Virus record (IMG/VR): IMGVR_UViG_3300047463_000166
Location: 95 to 64,094 of that record
Strand: one strand, 5' to 3'
Length of the DNA stretch: 64,000 bases
Source of the DNA: a virus
Taxonomy: Duplodnaviria > Caudoviricetes
Each line of letters opens with the position of its first letter. The stretch's first letter is position 1. The translations under genes were made by a program, and so were the position numbers. The notes beneath the pieces are model-generated. The model made no database searches. It worked only from the letters and a program-made list of their open reading frames with translations, and had not been told where the DNA came from. Positions 47,361 through 57,346 of the stretch are shown here, piece after piece.

Positions 47361-47776
47361 TAGATCGAAACTGTCTGTCCCTGTGTCGCGTTGTTTGCGG
47401 CCAGCTTTCCGAAAAAACCGTTCAGGTGTTCCAGGTTCGCCTTCAATACTAACAAAAGAAGCACGATCCCGTCAGTATATTTCATGTCTTGAAGCTGTGT
47501 TTCGGTTAAATTGCACGAGACTGACAGAATAGCCGGAGCGTGTGTGACAAACGGTTGAATCGAGGTCAGCAGTCCGTTGGTCTTGTCGAGCATCGAAGAC
47601 GAATCACTCTCTTCGAGGATCGCGGAAAATGAATTCCAGTCAGCTTGTGTGGTCTGGTACTCCTTCGCAACCGCACTGAGAACGCCGCCGAGCTTCGAGA
47701 ACTGGACGATGTTCCATTCCTTGACCTTGATACCGTTGTACTCCGTGCCGGAAAAGAGGGCAAAAATGCCGTCCAT
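47360..47776 (-). CDS. Tail assembly chaperone (gpG-like)
   Basis: Between major tail and tape measure genes; RBS AAGGAG. Confidence 0.8.
   Translation of the reverse strand: MDGIFALFSGTEYNGIKVKEWNIVQFSKLGGVLSAVAKEYQTTQADWNSFSAILEESDSSSMLDKTNGLLTSIQPFVTHAPAILSVSCNLTETQLQDMKYTDGIVLLLLVLKANLEHLNGFFGKLAANNATQGQTVSI
47411..47417 (-). other. -1 frameshift heptamer T TTT TTC
   Basis: -1 frame reads FRKAGRKQRDTGTDSFDL into MVETL without a stop. Confidence 0.8.
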
Positions 47777-47863
47777 GATGAGGACTCCTTATAGATGTGA
47801 GGTAGTTGAGGAGCAAGGCAGAGTGTATCGTGAGATACACTCTGCCGATTAGAGAAACCTTTC

Positions 47864-49039
47864 TTATGCAATCGCGTCGAAGACGACGATTCTGCCGTAA
47901 GGATGCGTCGGAGTATTCTCCGTATCGTCCAACACGGTCAACTTCAGCGGGATCTTCATGAACTCCTGATCGTTCAAGCTCAAGTTGCCGCTCGAAGCAA
48001 TCTGACATTTCGGGATCTCAATGTCGAAGCTCAACCCGCGTCCGCTCTGAGGATGCACTTCCAATCGAGCCGCACCTTCAGCCGCACCAGCTTTCACGAG
48101 GTTCGAGATAACCGCCGTGAAGGTCGGGTACGTATAGCTCACCTTGATCTGCTCACCGTCCGCAATCTTCCCACCGGAGACCGCACGGATACGCGCATCG
48201 CTCGTTGAAGTACCGAGGTCAACAACGTAGTCAGTGTTCTCCACGATCGTCGCACTGCGCCCGATGCTGTTCACGGTTGCAGGAGTGGCCGGAGAAGCCG
48301 CTGTCTGCGAGAACCGGAGCCAGTAGGCTGTGATGCTGTTCACAGTATTCTGAGCCCAAGAACCAGGGATTGTGAACGTCACTGTTCCGTCAGCAGAGAA
48401 GTCCGCTGTGCCGGAAGTCGAGAGCGTTGTCCATGCGGATCCGTTCCAGTACTCCCACTTTGCGCCGGTATAGCCGACAGCGGAAGTCGCCACGTCGATA
48501 CCGAATGTCTGGAACTTGGTCGTCTTCCCGATGTACAAGAAGTCCCCCGCGTCCGCGTTGATCGTAAACGGAGTACCTGCCGATGTATCGGCTTCTGTGC
48601 TGTTGTTCGTGTAGGTCGAGACCCCATCGAACAGGTAGCAGTAATCGACGAACTGACGAACAGAGTACGAAGTAATGGCCCCAGGCTTACCCAAGGACAC
48701 CATCGCATAACTGGTCGGCAGAGATACCTTCTGATCGACCACAGCAGTCGTACCAGAGTTTTGTTGTGCAGCCGTATCACCCTTGAAGAACAGGATGAAG
48801 TTGCTGATAACCGGCTCGTCCAAAGCGAAATCGATCGTGATGGACTCACTCAGCGCAAGAACCTTATCCTTCACACGAGTTCCAGGGCGGTTGGTAAAGT
48901 GTTCCAACTCCTGTGTCTCACGTCCGATTGCAACATCAACCATGTTGCCAAGATCGCGTTCAACACCACCAGTCGGCGTGAAGAACAGCTTAATCCCACC
49001 AGGTACGGTGTAATTGTCTGTGTCATGAATTTGCGGCAT
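47864..49039 (-). CDS. Major tail tube protein with inserted domain
   Basis: RDLGN..EHF, IPKCQI.SSG.LSL...IPL; RBS AGGAGG. Confidence 0.82.
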   Translation of the reverse strand: MPQIHDTDNYTVPGGIKLFFTPTGGVERDLGNMVDVAIGRETQELEHFTNRPGTRVKDKVLALSESITIDFALDEPVISNFILFFKGDTAAQQNSGTTAVVDQKVSLPTSYAMVSLGKPGAITSYSVRQFVDYCYLFDGVSTYTNNSTEADTSAGTPFTINADAGDFLYIGKTTKFQTFGIDVATSAVGYTGAKWEYWNGSAWTTLSTSGTADFSADGTVTFTIPGSWAQNTVNSITAYWLRFSQTAASPATPATVNSIGRSATIVENTDYVVDLGTSTSDARIRAVSGGKIADGEQIKVSYTYPTFTAVISNLVKAGAAEGAARLEVHPQSGRGLSFDIEIPKCQIASSGNLSLNDQEFMKIPLKLTVLDDTENTPTHPYGRIVVFDAIA

Positions 49040-49056
49040 AGCGAATCCTCCTATTG

Positions 49057-49524
49057 TTAGCTAAAGGCGTTACCCCTGTCGTGCCGATACTCCACATCAA
49101 ACGTGGCGTTCAGCACTCCTACTGAATCACTCGTAATGACCCTATCGTACTGAATTTCCACTACATTAACAAGCCCATTTTTTGAGAGTCCGACGTTATT
49201 GTGAAACACCGCATGGAGTCTCGCCGCAATGATGTCCATCATCTCGAACATGTCGGCAAAACTCGTCTCTCGCCGGTCCAAAATCGTCCCCTTCAAGAAG
49301 ACTTGAAACATCAAGTGCATCTTGGCAACCGCGAGACGGTTCTGATAACTACGATCTTCCGCTTCAATTTCAATGAGATATGCAGCCGGAAGCTCGATCG
49401 CTACAAGGTCAACCGGAGGCGCAGTAAAGGCGCGAATCGTCTTGACTTCGGGAACCTCAGCAGCGACCGCTGCCAAGATCTTCTCAATGATTTCTGTCCG
49501 TACCGGCTTCGTTGTGTGCGGCAT
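49057..49524 (-). CDS. Tail terminator-like protein
   Basis: Position; LPA motif; FDVEY end. Confidence 0.65.
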   Translation of the reverse strand: MPHTTKPVRTEIIEKILAAVAAEVPEVKTIRAFTAPPVDLVAIELPAAYLIEIEAEDRSYQNRLAVAKMHLMFQVFLKGTILDRRETSFADMFEMMDIIAARLHAVFHNNVGLSKNGLVNVVEIQYDRVITSDSVGVLNATFDVEYRHDRGNAFS

Positions 49525-49526
49525 GA

Positions 49527-50108
49527 TTACCCTTGTGCTCCAAGTGCCTTCTCAATTTCCTTCTCAAGTTCTTCCTGCATAATCTTCTGTGCAGTTGGAA
49601 CGATCATCTTCTGCACATCGATACGGGTTGGTACCCGAACTTCATTTCGCAAGGCAAAGATCGGGAAGACTCCCTTCTTTCGCTCCACCGCATATAGAAT
49701 ACCGCCATACGCGAATCGTCTTTTGTATTTCGTTGCTTCTTTCGGCGGACGGTTTTGCGCGTTCTTCAATATCGGGACCGTCAATGCTTTTGCTATTTTG
49801 GGCCGTATGACAGTGACGCGCTTTCCATTGTTCGTGAAGTGCGTCGAAGCGTAGGGCACATTGATATGGATCTCTGCCGAAACGCCTTCCTCACCTTTCT
49901 GTGCGCGGGTAAACGTCGTGTGACGCTCCATCGCGCCAGTATTTCGTGCCAGTTGTCCGGCAGTCGTTTTTGCTCCACCCATGAACGCCGTGCGAATGAA
50001 GTCTCTAATACGCGGAGCCGCACGATTCAACACTCGCACCGTCGCTAGATTCGTCAACCGGTCTCCGAGCTTCTCAAGCCGCTTTGAGATATTGACTCGT
50101 CTTCCCAT
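49527..50108 (-). CDS. Neck/tail completion protein
   Basis: RNTG, VPYA.TH, IRPKIAKALTVP; basic. Confidence 0.65.
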   Translation of the reverse strand: MGRRVNISKRLEKLGDRLTNLATVRVLNRAAPRIRDFIRTAFMGGAKTTAGQLARNTGAMERHTTFTRAQKGEEGVSAEIHINVPYASTHFTNNGKRVTVIRPKIAKALTVPILKNAQNRPPKEATKYKRRFAYGGILYAVERKKGVFPIFALRNEVRVPTRIDVQKMIVPTAQKIMQEELEKEIEKALGAQG

Positions 50109-50109
50109 T

Positions 50110-50703
50110 TTAATAAATGTTACTGATCCGAATGTTCCGAATCGTGTCAATCACATCTGGCAACAACCACCGATTCGTAATCTTTGAGAGTATACCGGTT
50201 CCAATGTTAGTATTATCGAAACCGATCGTAGACCTATTCTTAAATAAGTACACGCTCTGAAGTGTGGCCGCTTGTTTAACCGCTTCAGGAATGTTGGAGT
50301 TGATTGTGTCCGCAGACACGAATCCGCCGATATACGTCACCTTCAAACATTCTTCACCACCCATGAATACACCGTATTTACTATAGATGCAGTTCTTTTT
50401 ATCAGATGGGTCGAGAATATACTCCGAAGCCGCAAGGATGGTTCCATTATCAAAATCATAGTCCGCCGCGTAGATGATCGACGTGATCGATGTGATCGGA
50501 GGAGCACTCACATAGATCCTAGAACTCCCGCCATTCCTCAGTTCAACTCTCGTCTGACTGAACAACGGTCTGTTTGCCGCGTACTCGAACTTTTGGGACA
50601 CGCCGAGAATGATTGCGTCGAGCAGCGCGTCGAAGGAGTTTGTCCCTGCCGTATCTTCGAGATACTTCTTCACTTCCTCTTTCGTTGTCAAAACATTCGC
50701 CAT
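50110..50703 (-). CDS. Head-tail connector (gp6-like)
   Basis: EVKKYL, VTYIGGF, IPEAVKQA. Confidence 0.8.
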   Translation of the reverse strand: MANVLTTKEEVKKYLEDTAGTNSFDALLDAIILGVSQKFEYAANRPLFSQTRVELRNGGSSRIYVSAPPITSITSIIYAADYDFDNGTILAASEYILDPSDKKNCIYSKYGVFMGGEECLKVTYIGGFVSADTINSNIPEAVKQAATLQSVYLFKNRSTIGFDNTNIGTGILSKITNRWLLPDVIDTIRNIRISNIY

Positions 50704-50775
50704 CGTAGTCACACTCCCTTTGCATTCCGTCGTAGACGAAACCGATCTTCCAATCGAGTTTGAGATTGCCCATGA

Positions 50776-51255
50776 CTAACTCAGTGCGGTTCCCATATAC
50801 GGAGCCACACCCATCCGTACACCGGTCACAATCGCCTTCATAATCTTTCCACCAACACTGTCCTCGGTCGGAATTTGATCGAGCACACCGTACTTATCCA
50901 GTTCGTGTTTCGTCAGTTGTACAAGAACAATCGCCACACCCTGCCAACGCTTCGGGACTTGCTGTGCAATCGCACCACTCCACTGCCCTTCATCAAGGGG
51001 TGTTCCATCCTTGTGAAAGTTCTCGATCGCTGACATCACTTTAAGAATGACTTCAGCATCTTGAGGCTTGAGCCCATCTTTCTGTGATGCAGCCCACGCT
51101 GCAATCGCAGCCGTTGAAAGAAGCTGAATTGATTCGTAATCCGGCTCACTCACAGAGGTAGAACCGTCAGGATTGACAGTCGTTGTCACGCAGCCGTTGA
51201 GCACGAGCCCGAAGGCCAACACACATGCAATGAGACTATTCTTTAGGTAGTTCAA
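50776..51255 (-). CDS. Lipoprotein (possible spanin/lysis accessory)
   Basis: TTG start with AAGGAG; lipobox LNGC. Confidence 0.55.
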   Translation of the reverse strand: MNYLKNSLIACVLAFGLVLNGCVTTTVNPDGSTSVSEPDYESIQLLSTAAIAAWAASQKDGLKPQDAEVILKVMSAIENFHKDGTPLDEGQWSGAIAQQVPKRWQGVAIVLVQLTKHELDKYGVLDQIPTEDSVGGKIMKAIVTGVRMGVAPYMGTALS

Positions 51256-51478
51256 TTTTGATCTCCTTCCCTGGATTGGCCGCTGCCCACTTCTCAATGG
51301 AGTCAGCGATGTTTTGTGCCTTTCCACCAATACCCCAAATACCGAGGCCAGTCCCGATCAAGCCGATGCCGGTACCAGGATCAATGACGCCGAACGCCAT
51401 GCCTACTGCACCACCACCGACGAGCACAAGGCCACCAGCAAACGTCTTAAAACCTTTTGCGAAACTTAGCCAATTCAT
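51236..51478 (-). CDS. Putative holin
   Basis: 80 aa, two Gly-rich TM segments, adjacent to endolysin. Confidence 0.6.
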   Translation of the reverse strand: MNWLSFAKGFKTFAGGLVLVGGGAVGMAFGVIDPGTGIGLIGTGLGIWGIGGKAQNIADSIEKWAAANPGKEIKIELPKE

Positions 51479-51927
51479 GCTTGACCTCCTGAGCTATCTT
51501 CTTTAAGGCCATAATTCCACATCCCCTCACCGTAATACGGTGCATTCTCGACATCGAAATGCAGGAATGTCGTCGCAATGCCGACACGAAGGCCCATCGC
51601 CAAGGCCATCTGTACGGCTTCTGCTCTCAACGTAATTGACCAACCGGTTGTGTCGATATCCGCCGCTCGTGTCAATCCCTCATACCCAGGGGTACACTGG
51701 CCGAGCACACCAGGAAGGTGTGTAGACTTTGTCCCACCACCGACTGTGGTATTGTGCGTGACACATCGAGCACCGGACGTAATCTTGAACGGTACACCGA
51801 GCTTGATCCGCAAGCAGTGCAGCGCATGAATCAAGTCATCCGCAATCGTCACTTCCGATGAACCGAACCCACACCCGCATTTACACGCAAATTCTTTTGC
51901 ACTGAAATACTTTGAACTATGCAACAT
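51475..51927 (-). CDS. Endolysin, peptidase M15A family
   Basis: YFSAKEFACKCGC, ITSGARC..HN..VGG..KSTH, AADI, FLHFD. Confidence 0.88.
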   Translation of the reverse strand: MLHSSKYFSAKEFACKCGCGFGSSEVTIADDLIHALHCLRIKLGVPFKITSGARCVTHNTTVGGGTKSTHLPGVLGQCTPGYEGLTRAADIDTTGWSITLRAEAVQMALAMGLRVGIATTFLHFDVENAPYYGEGMWNYGLKEDSSGGQA

Positions 51928-51936
51928 GATAACCTC

Positions 51937-52269
51937 TTAGGCTAGTTTTGGACCGACCTTGTATTCATGAATGCCCAACTCAGACACGATCGCACCATCA
52001 GAGACCCGTTGAATCTCGACTTGCGTTTGCAACGTACCGAGGACCAACTCTCCCGTCGTAAACGTGTACTCTGCATACCCGTCATTGGAGCCGGTCAAAA
52101 GGGACATGGTGCGCTTTGTCATGACGCCGCCCTCTGGTTTCACCAGGATGTAGGCATTGTATGTCCCGTTGAACGGCACAAGCAGTGCGCCAGTCAAGGC
52201 GTCGATCATCCGAACGCGAATTTTGGAGCCGGTATCACCGACCGTGAAATCGTATGTGTTGTGTGCCAT
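51937..52269 (-). CDS. BppU-like N-terminal domain virion protein
   Basis: GDT..., DGYAEYTFTTGEL pattern. Confidence 0.55.
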   Translation of the reverse strand: MAHNTYDFTVGDTGSKIRVRMIDALTGALLVPFNGTYNAYILVKPEGGVMTKRTMSLLTGSNDGYAEYTFTTGELVLGTLQTQVEIQRVSDGAIVSELGIHEYKVGPKLA

Positions 52270-52307
52270 AGTGTTTTACCCTAGCATAATTCCTTGATGA
52301 AAATCAC

Positions 52308-52460
52308 CTACTCAAGTTTCGTTCTTCGCGTCTCGGATTGCGTGAGGGCAAGCCGAGCATCGCGGACTATAAAGCGAATACCTTCTGTGTAAGCCGGTTC
52401 AATGGGATCAATGAAGTAATCAGGATCTACGTAATCTGTTTGAACGTACGGTTGTGCCAT
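52308..52460 (-). CDS. Small hypothetical protein (50 aa, MAQPYVQTDYVDPDY)
   Basis: Fills gap, starts 1 nt after upstream stop. Confidence 0.5.
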   Translation of the reverse strand: MAQPYVQTDYVDPDYFIDPIEPAYTEGIRFIVRDARLALTQSETRRTKLE

Positions 52461-52461
52461 G

Positions 52462-53166
52462 TTATGTCCAGAAAGGCGGTGTCTTTTGCTTGGTACCGAC
52501 TACCGTTGTCTGTAAGTGAAGGTCAACTTCGTGCAAGAAAGGCGACGGTACGCCCCCTGACGAGACCGTGATATTGTTTGCAATGAGATAGACCCGACCA
52601 AGAATTAGTGTGTCAGGTTCAATGATTGAAAGGTCTAAAGTTCCTCCTGCCCCACCCACATCAGCGCACTTTACTTCCGCGATCATATGCTGACGCTGTA
52701 CAGTCGAAGCGTTATGCACCATTGAGAGTGTAGTCGAAGAAACGAACGCACCCTGGTTATGTCCTTTTGCTGCGCTCAACTCAAATCCCCATGTCACGCT
52801 TCCACCCGTAACAAGCGTACTCAGATGAGCCCAATGCGCGTGAATATACAGAGGCGTCCCTACTACGTACTCATGCGGAAGATGATACGTAAAATATGCA
52901 ACATCGTTGACGGCAAACTGAAGTTGCTTAAAACCACCAATGAATGTTGCCCATGAAGGTTTGTTTGGTCCTCCTTCATCAATCCGAAAAACTGATGTCA
53001 AATCACGCCACGAGTATGTCGGCGTCCCAAGAGAGTCCGTTTTTATTCCTGCATTCTGTGTTTTTGGCACCATGAGATTCAGACCGTCCCGAAGATCGGT
53101 GAGGTTCGTATCCATCTCATTGTGACTCAGGGGAGTGCCTTTTCCTGCGCGTGTCGTGATTGCCAT
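52462..53166 (-). CDS. Virion fibre/decoration protein
   Basis: MAITTRAGKGTPLSHNEMDTN type N-terminus; HLPHEY..G domain. Confidence 0.65.
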   Translation of the reverse strand: MAITTRAGKGTPLSHNEMDTNLTDLRDGLNLMVPKTQNAGIKTDSLGTPTYSWRDLTSVFRIDEGGPNKPSWATFIGGFKQLQFAVNDVAYFTYHLPHEYVVGTPLYIHAHWAHLSTLVTGGSVTWGFELSAAKGHNQGAFVSSTTLSMVHNASTVQRQHMIAEVKCADVGGAGGTLDLSIIEPDTLILGRVYLIANNITVSSGGVPSPFLHEVDLHLQTTVVGTKQKTPPFWT

Positions 53167-53167
53167 G

Positions 53168-56100
53168 TTACACCTTCATTGTTTCGTGTTTCGTGAATTG
53201 TATTAGGGCCGTCTCTCGATAGATCGCCGTTCCAAGGTACTGATGCTGTACCGTCAGGATTGGAGCCCGTACGTTGATTGTAGCCGATCCAGCCGCTAAG
53301 ATCGAGTCGAATGTGGCCGTCCTAGTCGCAGTCGGAGCCGTTACCGTGACGGTGTTCGTCTCAACTACATGCGTCAGGTGTACACCAGCCAAGACCGGAG
53401 CAGAGACCGTAACCGTGTTGGCCGTTGCTGCAACATACTGGTCAAGACTCAGAAGTGTTGCAACCGGTGCTGTGACGGTAACGATATTGACTCCCGCACT
53501 AGCGAGCGCATCTACCTGCATCGTTGCTGTTGGAGCCGTGACATTAACTGTGTTCGCCGTCGTCTCGACTACAACATTCACTGTGGCAGTTGGTGCTGTC
53601 ACCGTCACAGTGTTAGTTGTCTGCGGCATCGTTAGGTGTACTGCCGGAACAGTCGGAGCCGAGAGTGTAATGACGTTCGCGTCAGCGAGTAAGTTTCCTG
53701 CTTGAATGATCTCCGCTGCCGGTGCGGTCAGAGTAATGACGTTGGCCGTCTGCGGCATCGTCAAGTGAACTGCGGGAACAGTCGGAGCCGATAAGGTAAC
53801 GGTGTTCTGTCCGGCTGCTAATGTAACCTCAGCCAACAATGTCTCTTCAGGGGCCGAGAGTGTAACGGTGTTCTGTCCGGCTGCTAATGTCGTCTCAGCG
53901 AGAAGAGTATTCGCCGGAGCCGATAACGTCACGATATTCGCTGAAGCCGATAAGGTAATCTCAGCCAACAGCGTCTCTTCAGGAGCCGATAATGTAACGG
54001 TATTCTGTCCGGCTGCTACTGTGACCTCAGCCAACTGTGATTGTGCAGGAGCCGACAATGTAATGGTGTTTTGTCCCGCTGCAAGTGTGTCTCCACCAGC
54101 AGGAGCGTCAATCCCCGCTGTCGGTGCCGAGAGCGTGACTGTGTTCTGTCCGGCTGCTACTGTGACCTCAGCCAACTGTGACTGTGCAGGAGCCGACACC
54201 GTAACAGTATTGGTGTCCTGCGGCATCGTGAGGTTGATAGCCGGAATGGTCGGAGCCGTGATGGTGATGACGTTCGCAGCCGGAGTGTGTAGGTTTGGAT
54301 TCAACTCCGCTGTTGGCGCAGTAAGAGTAGTTGTCACACCACCGAACGTCAGAACGTCGTTCGCAATAGCTGTACTGGTCGTCTTGATATACTGCGACTT
54401 GCTGGTGAAGGCTTCGACCTGAGCACCCCAAATCCACAGGTTCGATGAGCCGTCTCCGGTGTAGTCAAAGTATTGTTCGGCATCCATCGATACCGGCACA
54501 CCGACAGGGGGTTTACCAACAGCAATTTCTAAATTGAACCCTGTTGATGGTTTCTCGATAAATCCACCAGCCGAGATACGGTACCACCCATTCGACAGAG
54601 CTTCGATCGTAGCCGTGTGCGGTCCTGCTGTACTCACGTCTCCGTAGTACGCATTGACGCTGAGGCCAGTATCAGGGTCGATGAGTGTACCAGCCCCGCT
54701 TAAATGGAAGCCTTGGAAAATATAGTTCCGTTGATACGAACCCGCAAAGTTGTCCGACATTATCAACGCAATGTACGAGAGAGAATTGGGCTTCACATGG
54801 AGTGAGCAGTTGACGTACGTGCGGTCGTGCGGGAACGTAATCTGCGAGTAACTTGCAATAGTGTGGAACAGACCTGTTGTGTCCTCGGTCACTTTCGTTG
54901 CTGTGGTTGTCCCGTCAGGAGCGGTCGTATCATTCGCTGTGACACTTGCCCCCGTAAACCCTCCATTGTTGTTCGTTGACCAAACTGCGTTCGTGAAATC
55001 TTCTGACCACAGAACCAAGTTTTTCTTTGGTTGAATACCGACGAGAAGTGTCGCGGTCCCTGCCGTGACGGTGACGGTATTGGCTGTGGCCGGAACCGTC
55101 AAGACCATCGACGGGACAACCGGTGCCGTCACAGTGATGGTGTTGGTTGTGGCTGGTACCGTGAGATGAACGGCTTCTACAGTCGGTGCTGTGACCGTGA
55201 CTGTATTCTGTCCAGCCGCAAGAACCACTTCTTGTATAAGGCTCGCGGTTGGGGCTGTGACCGTAATTGTATTCTGTCCGGCTGCTAATGTGGTCGCAAT
55301 AAGCTGTGATTGAGCAGGAGCCGAGACTGTAATAGTGTTCTGTCCAGCCGCAAGAACCACGCCTTGTATAAGGCTCGCGGTTGGAGCGACAATTACTATG
55401 GTAGGTGACTCATTATTGCCACCTTCCCAATTATCCGCGCTCACAAATTTAGAGACTACCTCACCCGCGACACCTGGAGAACCGCCCGAAATAGTTGTAT
55501 CTACGACTTGATGCTTGAGCTGACCATTGACTCTAGCGGATAAGACGGAGCCGAATGCACGTAATTCAAGGACAGCACTGCTAGATAAACCTGAACCTGT
55601 CTGTAGTGTCGTGACGGTACCACTAACAGAGCGAATGAGTTTCGATGAGGTTGAATTGGCGATATATGCGTAGTATGTCGCCGCGCCAGTCTGACCTCTA
55701 ACAAGTACACCGATAAATGAATCGTTGGCTATAGACGAGAGCGTAACCTTAGAGTAGTGATCTGATAAGAACGTCTGTCCGGTATAAGCGGCGGCGGTGT
55801 TTGGTCCTGTGTTTAGGTCGTTCCTGAGTTGATTAGACTCGGCAAGCATTGTTCCAGACAGGAGCGACCAATTAGCGTTATGTGTCGGAAGTTGTACACT
55901 GCTGACCTCTGTGAATTCGTCGGTGAATGTCTTGTTCGTCCATGCCGGAGCTGTTAAATGAACAGCAGGGATATCAGGAGCAGAGACCGTAACCGTGTTG
56001 GTTGTCTGCGGCATCGTCAGATCAACAGCGGGGACAGTCGGAGCCGAGAGTGTAACCGTATTTGCGCCAGCATCCAACGCAACGTCGAATGTTGGATGAA

Positions 56101-56749
56101 CCATGATCGTCTGTGACCGCCATGCGGCGGAAACGTCTACGCCAAATGTACCAGGATTTTCTGCCGAGCCTGTATTAAGAGCGCGTTCGGCGGCTAGGAT
56201 GAGCCCACCAAGGTTTGTACCTGCGGTCCCGCACGACTTCTGCCGTGGAGGATTCGGTGTGTAATTTGTCGGTGGTGTATTACCCCACGTATCGTCGTCA
56301 GCTTCTTCTCCGGCCATACCAGCTAACGCGATGAATAGATAATCTTTGGTGCTGCCAGGAGTTGCAGATGCCGGAGGATCAGGGGTTGCAGATGTGCCGG
56401 TTGCTGTCGTGCCGATCTGCGGTGCTTGAAGCGCAGGATTTGCGGCTCCGGTAATACGGTACGTGATCTCCGCACTTCTCGTGCTCGCAGAGGTTGTTAG
56501 GGTCGGAGCCGTCTCTCCACCTGTGGCCCATCGGTAGGCGATATAGAGACCGTTCCCTAAGTTCTCATCGAGGAGTTCAGTCCAATCCGCGTGTGCGTTG
56601 ACTGTCGCAGCGGTTGAACCTTTATCGAGAATGATAATGAGAAGATCGCCAGCCGAAACTGTACCAAGGCCGGTCCAGTTCAGGACGTGACTCGTTCCTG
56701 CTGTATTGGTCGATGATTCTGCTGTGCCAGCAACAACAGGAGAGGCCAT
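53168..56749 (-). CDS. Long repeat-rich head/collar fibre with inserted lectin-like domains
   Basis: About 20 (AAGQ)NT(V/I)T(L/V)(S/T)AP repeats; NLVLWSEDF...NGWYRIS...WIWGAQVE domain. Confidence 0.7.
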   Translation of the reverse strand: MASPVVAGTAESSTNTAGTSHVLNWTGLGTVSAGDLLIIILDKGSTAATVNAHADWTELLDENLGNGLYIAYRWATGGETAPTLTTSASTRSAEITYRITGAANPALQAPQIGTTATGTSATPDPPASATPGSTKDYLFIALAGMAGEEADDDTWGNTPPTNYTPNPPRQKSCGTAGTNLGGLILAAERALNTGSAENPGTFGVDVSAAWRSQTIMVHPTFDVALDAGANTVTLSAPTVPAVDLTMPQTTNTVTVSAPDIPAVHLTAPAWTNKTFTDEFTEVSSVQLPTHNANWSLLSGTMLAESNQLRNDLNTGPNTAAAYTGQTFLSDHYSKVTLSSIANDSFIGVLVRGQTGAATYYAYIANSTSSKLIRSVSGTVTTLQTGSGLSSSAVLELRAFGSVLSARVNGQLKHQVVDTTISGGSPGVAGEVVSKFVSADNWEGGNNESPTIVIVAPTASLIQGVVLAAGQNTITVSAPAQSQLIATTLAAGQNTITVTAPTASLIQEVVLAAGQNTVTVTAPTVEAVHLTVPATTNTITVTAPVVPSMVLTVPATANTVTVTAGTATLLVGIQPKKNLVLWSEDFTNAVWSTNNNGGFTGASVTANDTTAPDGTTTATKVTEDTTGLFHTIASYSQITFPHDRTYVNCSLHVKPNSLSYIALIMSDNFAGSYQRNYIFQGFHLSGAGTLIDPDTGLSVNAYYGDVSTAGPHTATIEALSNGWYRISAGGFIEKPSTGFNLEIAVGKPPVGVPVSMDAEQYFDYTGDGSSNLWIWGAQVEAFTSKSQYIKTTSTAIANDVLTFGGVTTTLTAPTAELNPNLHTPAANVITITAPTIPAINLTMPQDTNTVTVSAPAQSQLAEVTVAAGQNTVTLSAPTAGIDAPAGGDTLAAGQNTITLSAPAQSQLAEVTVAAGQNTVTLSAPEETLLAEITLSASANIVTLSAPANTLLAETTLAAGQNTVTLSAPEETLLAEVTLAAGQNTVTLSAPTVPAVHLTMPQTANVITLTAPAAEIIQAGNLLADANVITLSAPTVPAVHLTMPQTTNTVTVTAPTATVNVVVETTANTVNVTAPTATMQVDALASAGVNIVTVTAPVATLLSLDQYVAATANTVTVSAPVLAGVHLTHVVETNTVTVTAPTATRTATFDSILAAGSATINVRAPILTVQHQYLGTAIYRETALIQFTKHETMKV

Positions 56750-56770
56750 GATTGAGAAGCCCTTTCAAGC

Positions 56771-56815
56771 AAAGAAAAGCACGTAGCACAATACTCACAT
56801 ATCGTGCTACGTGTT
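56771..56815 (-). terminator. Rho-independent terminator
   Basis: CACGTAGCAC/GTGCTACGTG stem followed by CTTTTCTTT on the - strand. Confidence 0.6.
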
Positions 56816-56818
56816 TCG

Positions 56819-57262
56819 TTATGCGAGTTTCAGGACTCCACCGTTGGCCGGAGTAGCCCACTGAATCGTGACGTTACCGCCGTTGGTTGCGGTATCAGTC
56901 AGGTCGTAAAACGCAATAACCGGAGCGGTTGTATCTGTACCGGTATGCCTGAACAAAATCGCTCCACCGATCGTCTGACCAGCAGCCAGACCAGTGAACA
57001 CCACATCGTCCGCGTCCAGGTACGCGAAGTCGTTCACGTCGTCCTGTGTCACAGTCTTATTCGCCAACGTCTGACGAGCGTATCCGCTGACCGAAATCTC
57101 CTGATCGATCGGATCACCCGTACCAGCGTTGTCGATAAAGTTGTGATCGGGGTTGAATGTGTAGCCAGTGTTGACCAACATCAACCGAAGATCCGACGTA
57201 TCGAGGTCGGTGCCGCCGTTCGCAATCTGCGCTTTTCCTCTATTATACACTCCGTTTGCCAT
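56819..57262 (-). CDS. Conserved virion protein (head fibre/decoration)
   Basis: EISVSGYARQTL, DADDVVF, TNGGNVTIQW; RBS AGGAGG. Confidence 0.7.
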   Translation of the reverse strand: MANGVYNRGKAQIANGGTDLDTSDLRLMLVNTGYTFNPDHNFIDNAGTGDPIDQEISVSGYARQTLANKTVTQDDVNDFAYLDADDVVFTGLAAGQTIGGAILFRHTGTDTTAPVIAFYDLTDTATNGGNVTIQWATPANGGVLKLA

Positions 57263-57281
57263 GAGGTATCCTCCTATTTAC

Positions 57282-57317
57282 AAAAAAGGCTAGGGCACAG
57301 AGTATGCACCCTAGCCC
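57282..57317 (-). terminator. Rho-independent terminator after capsid/decoration genes
   Basis: GGCTAGGG/CCCTAGCC plus TTTTTT. Confidence 0.7.
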
Positions 57318-57346
57318 GTTTCCTAGCCTTCCGAAGAACCCGCTTC

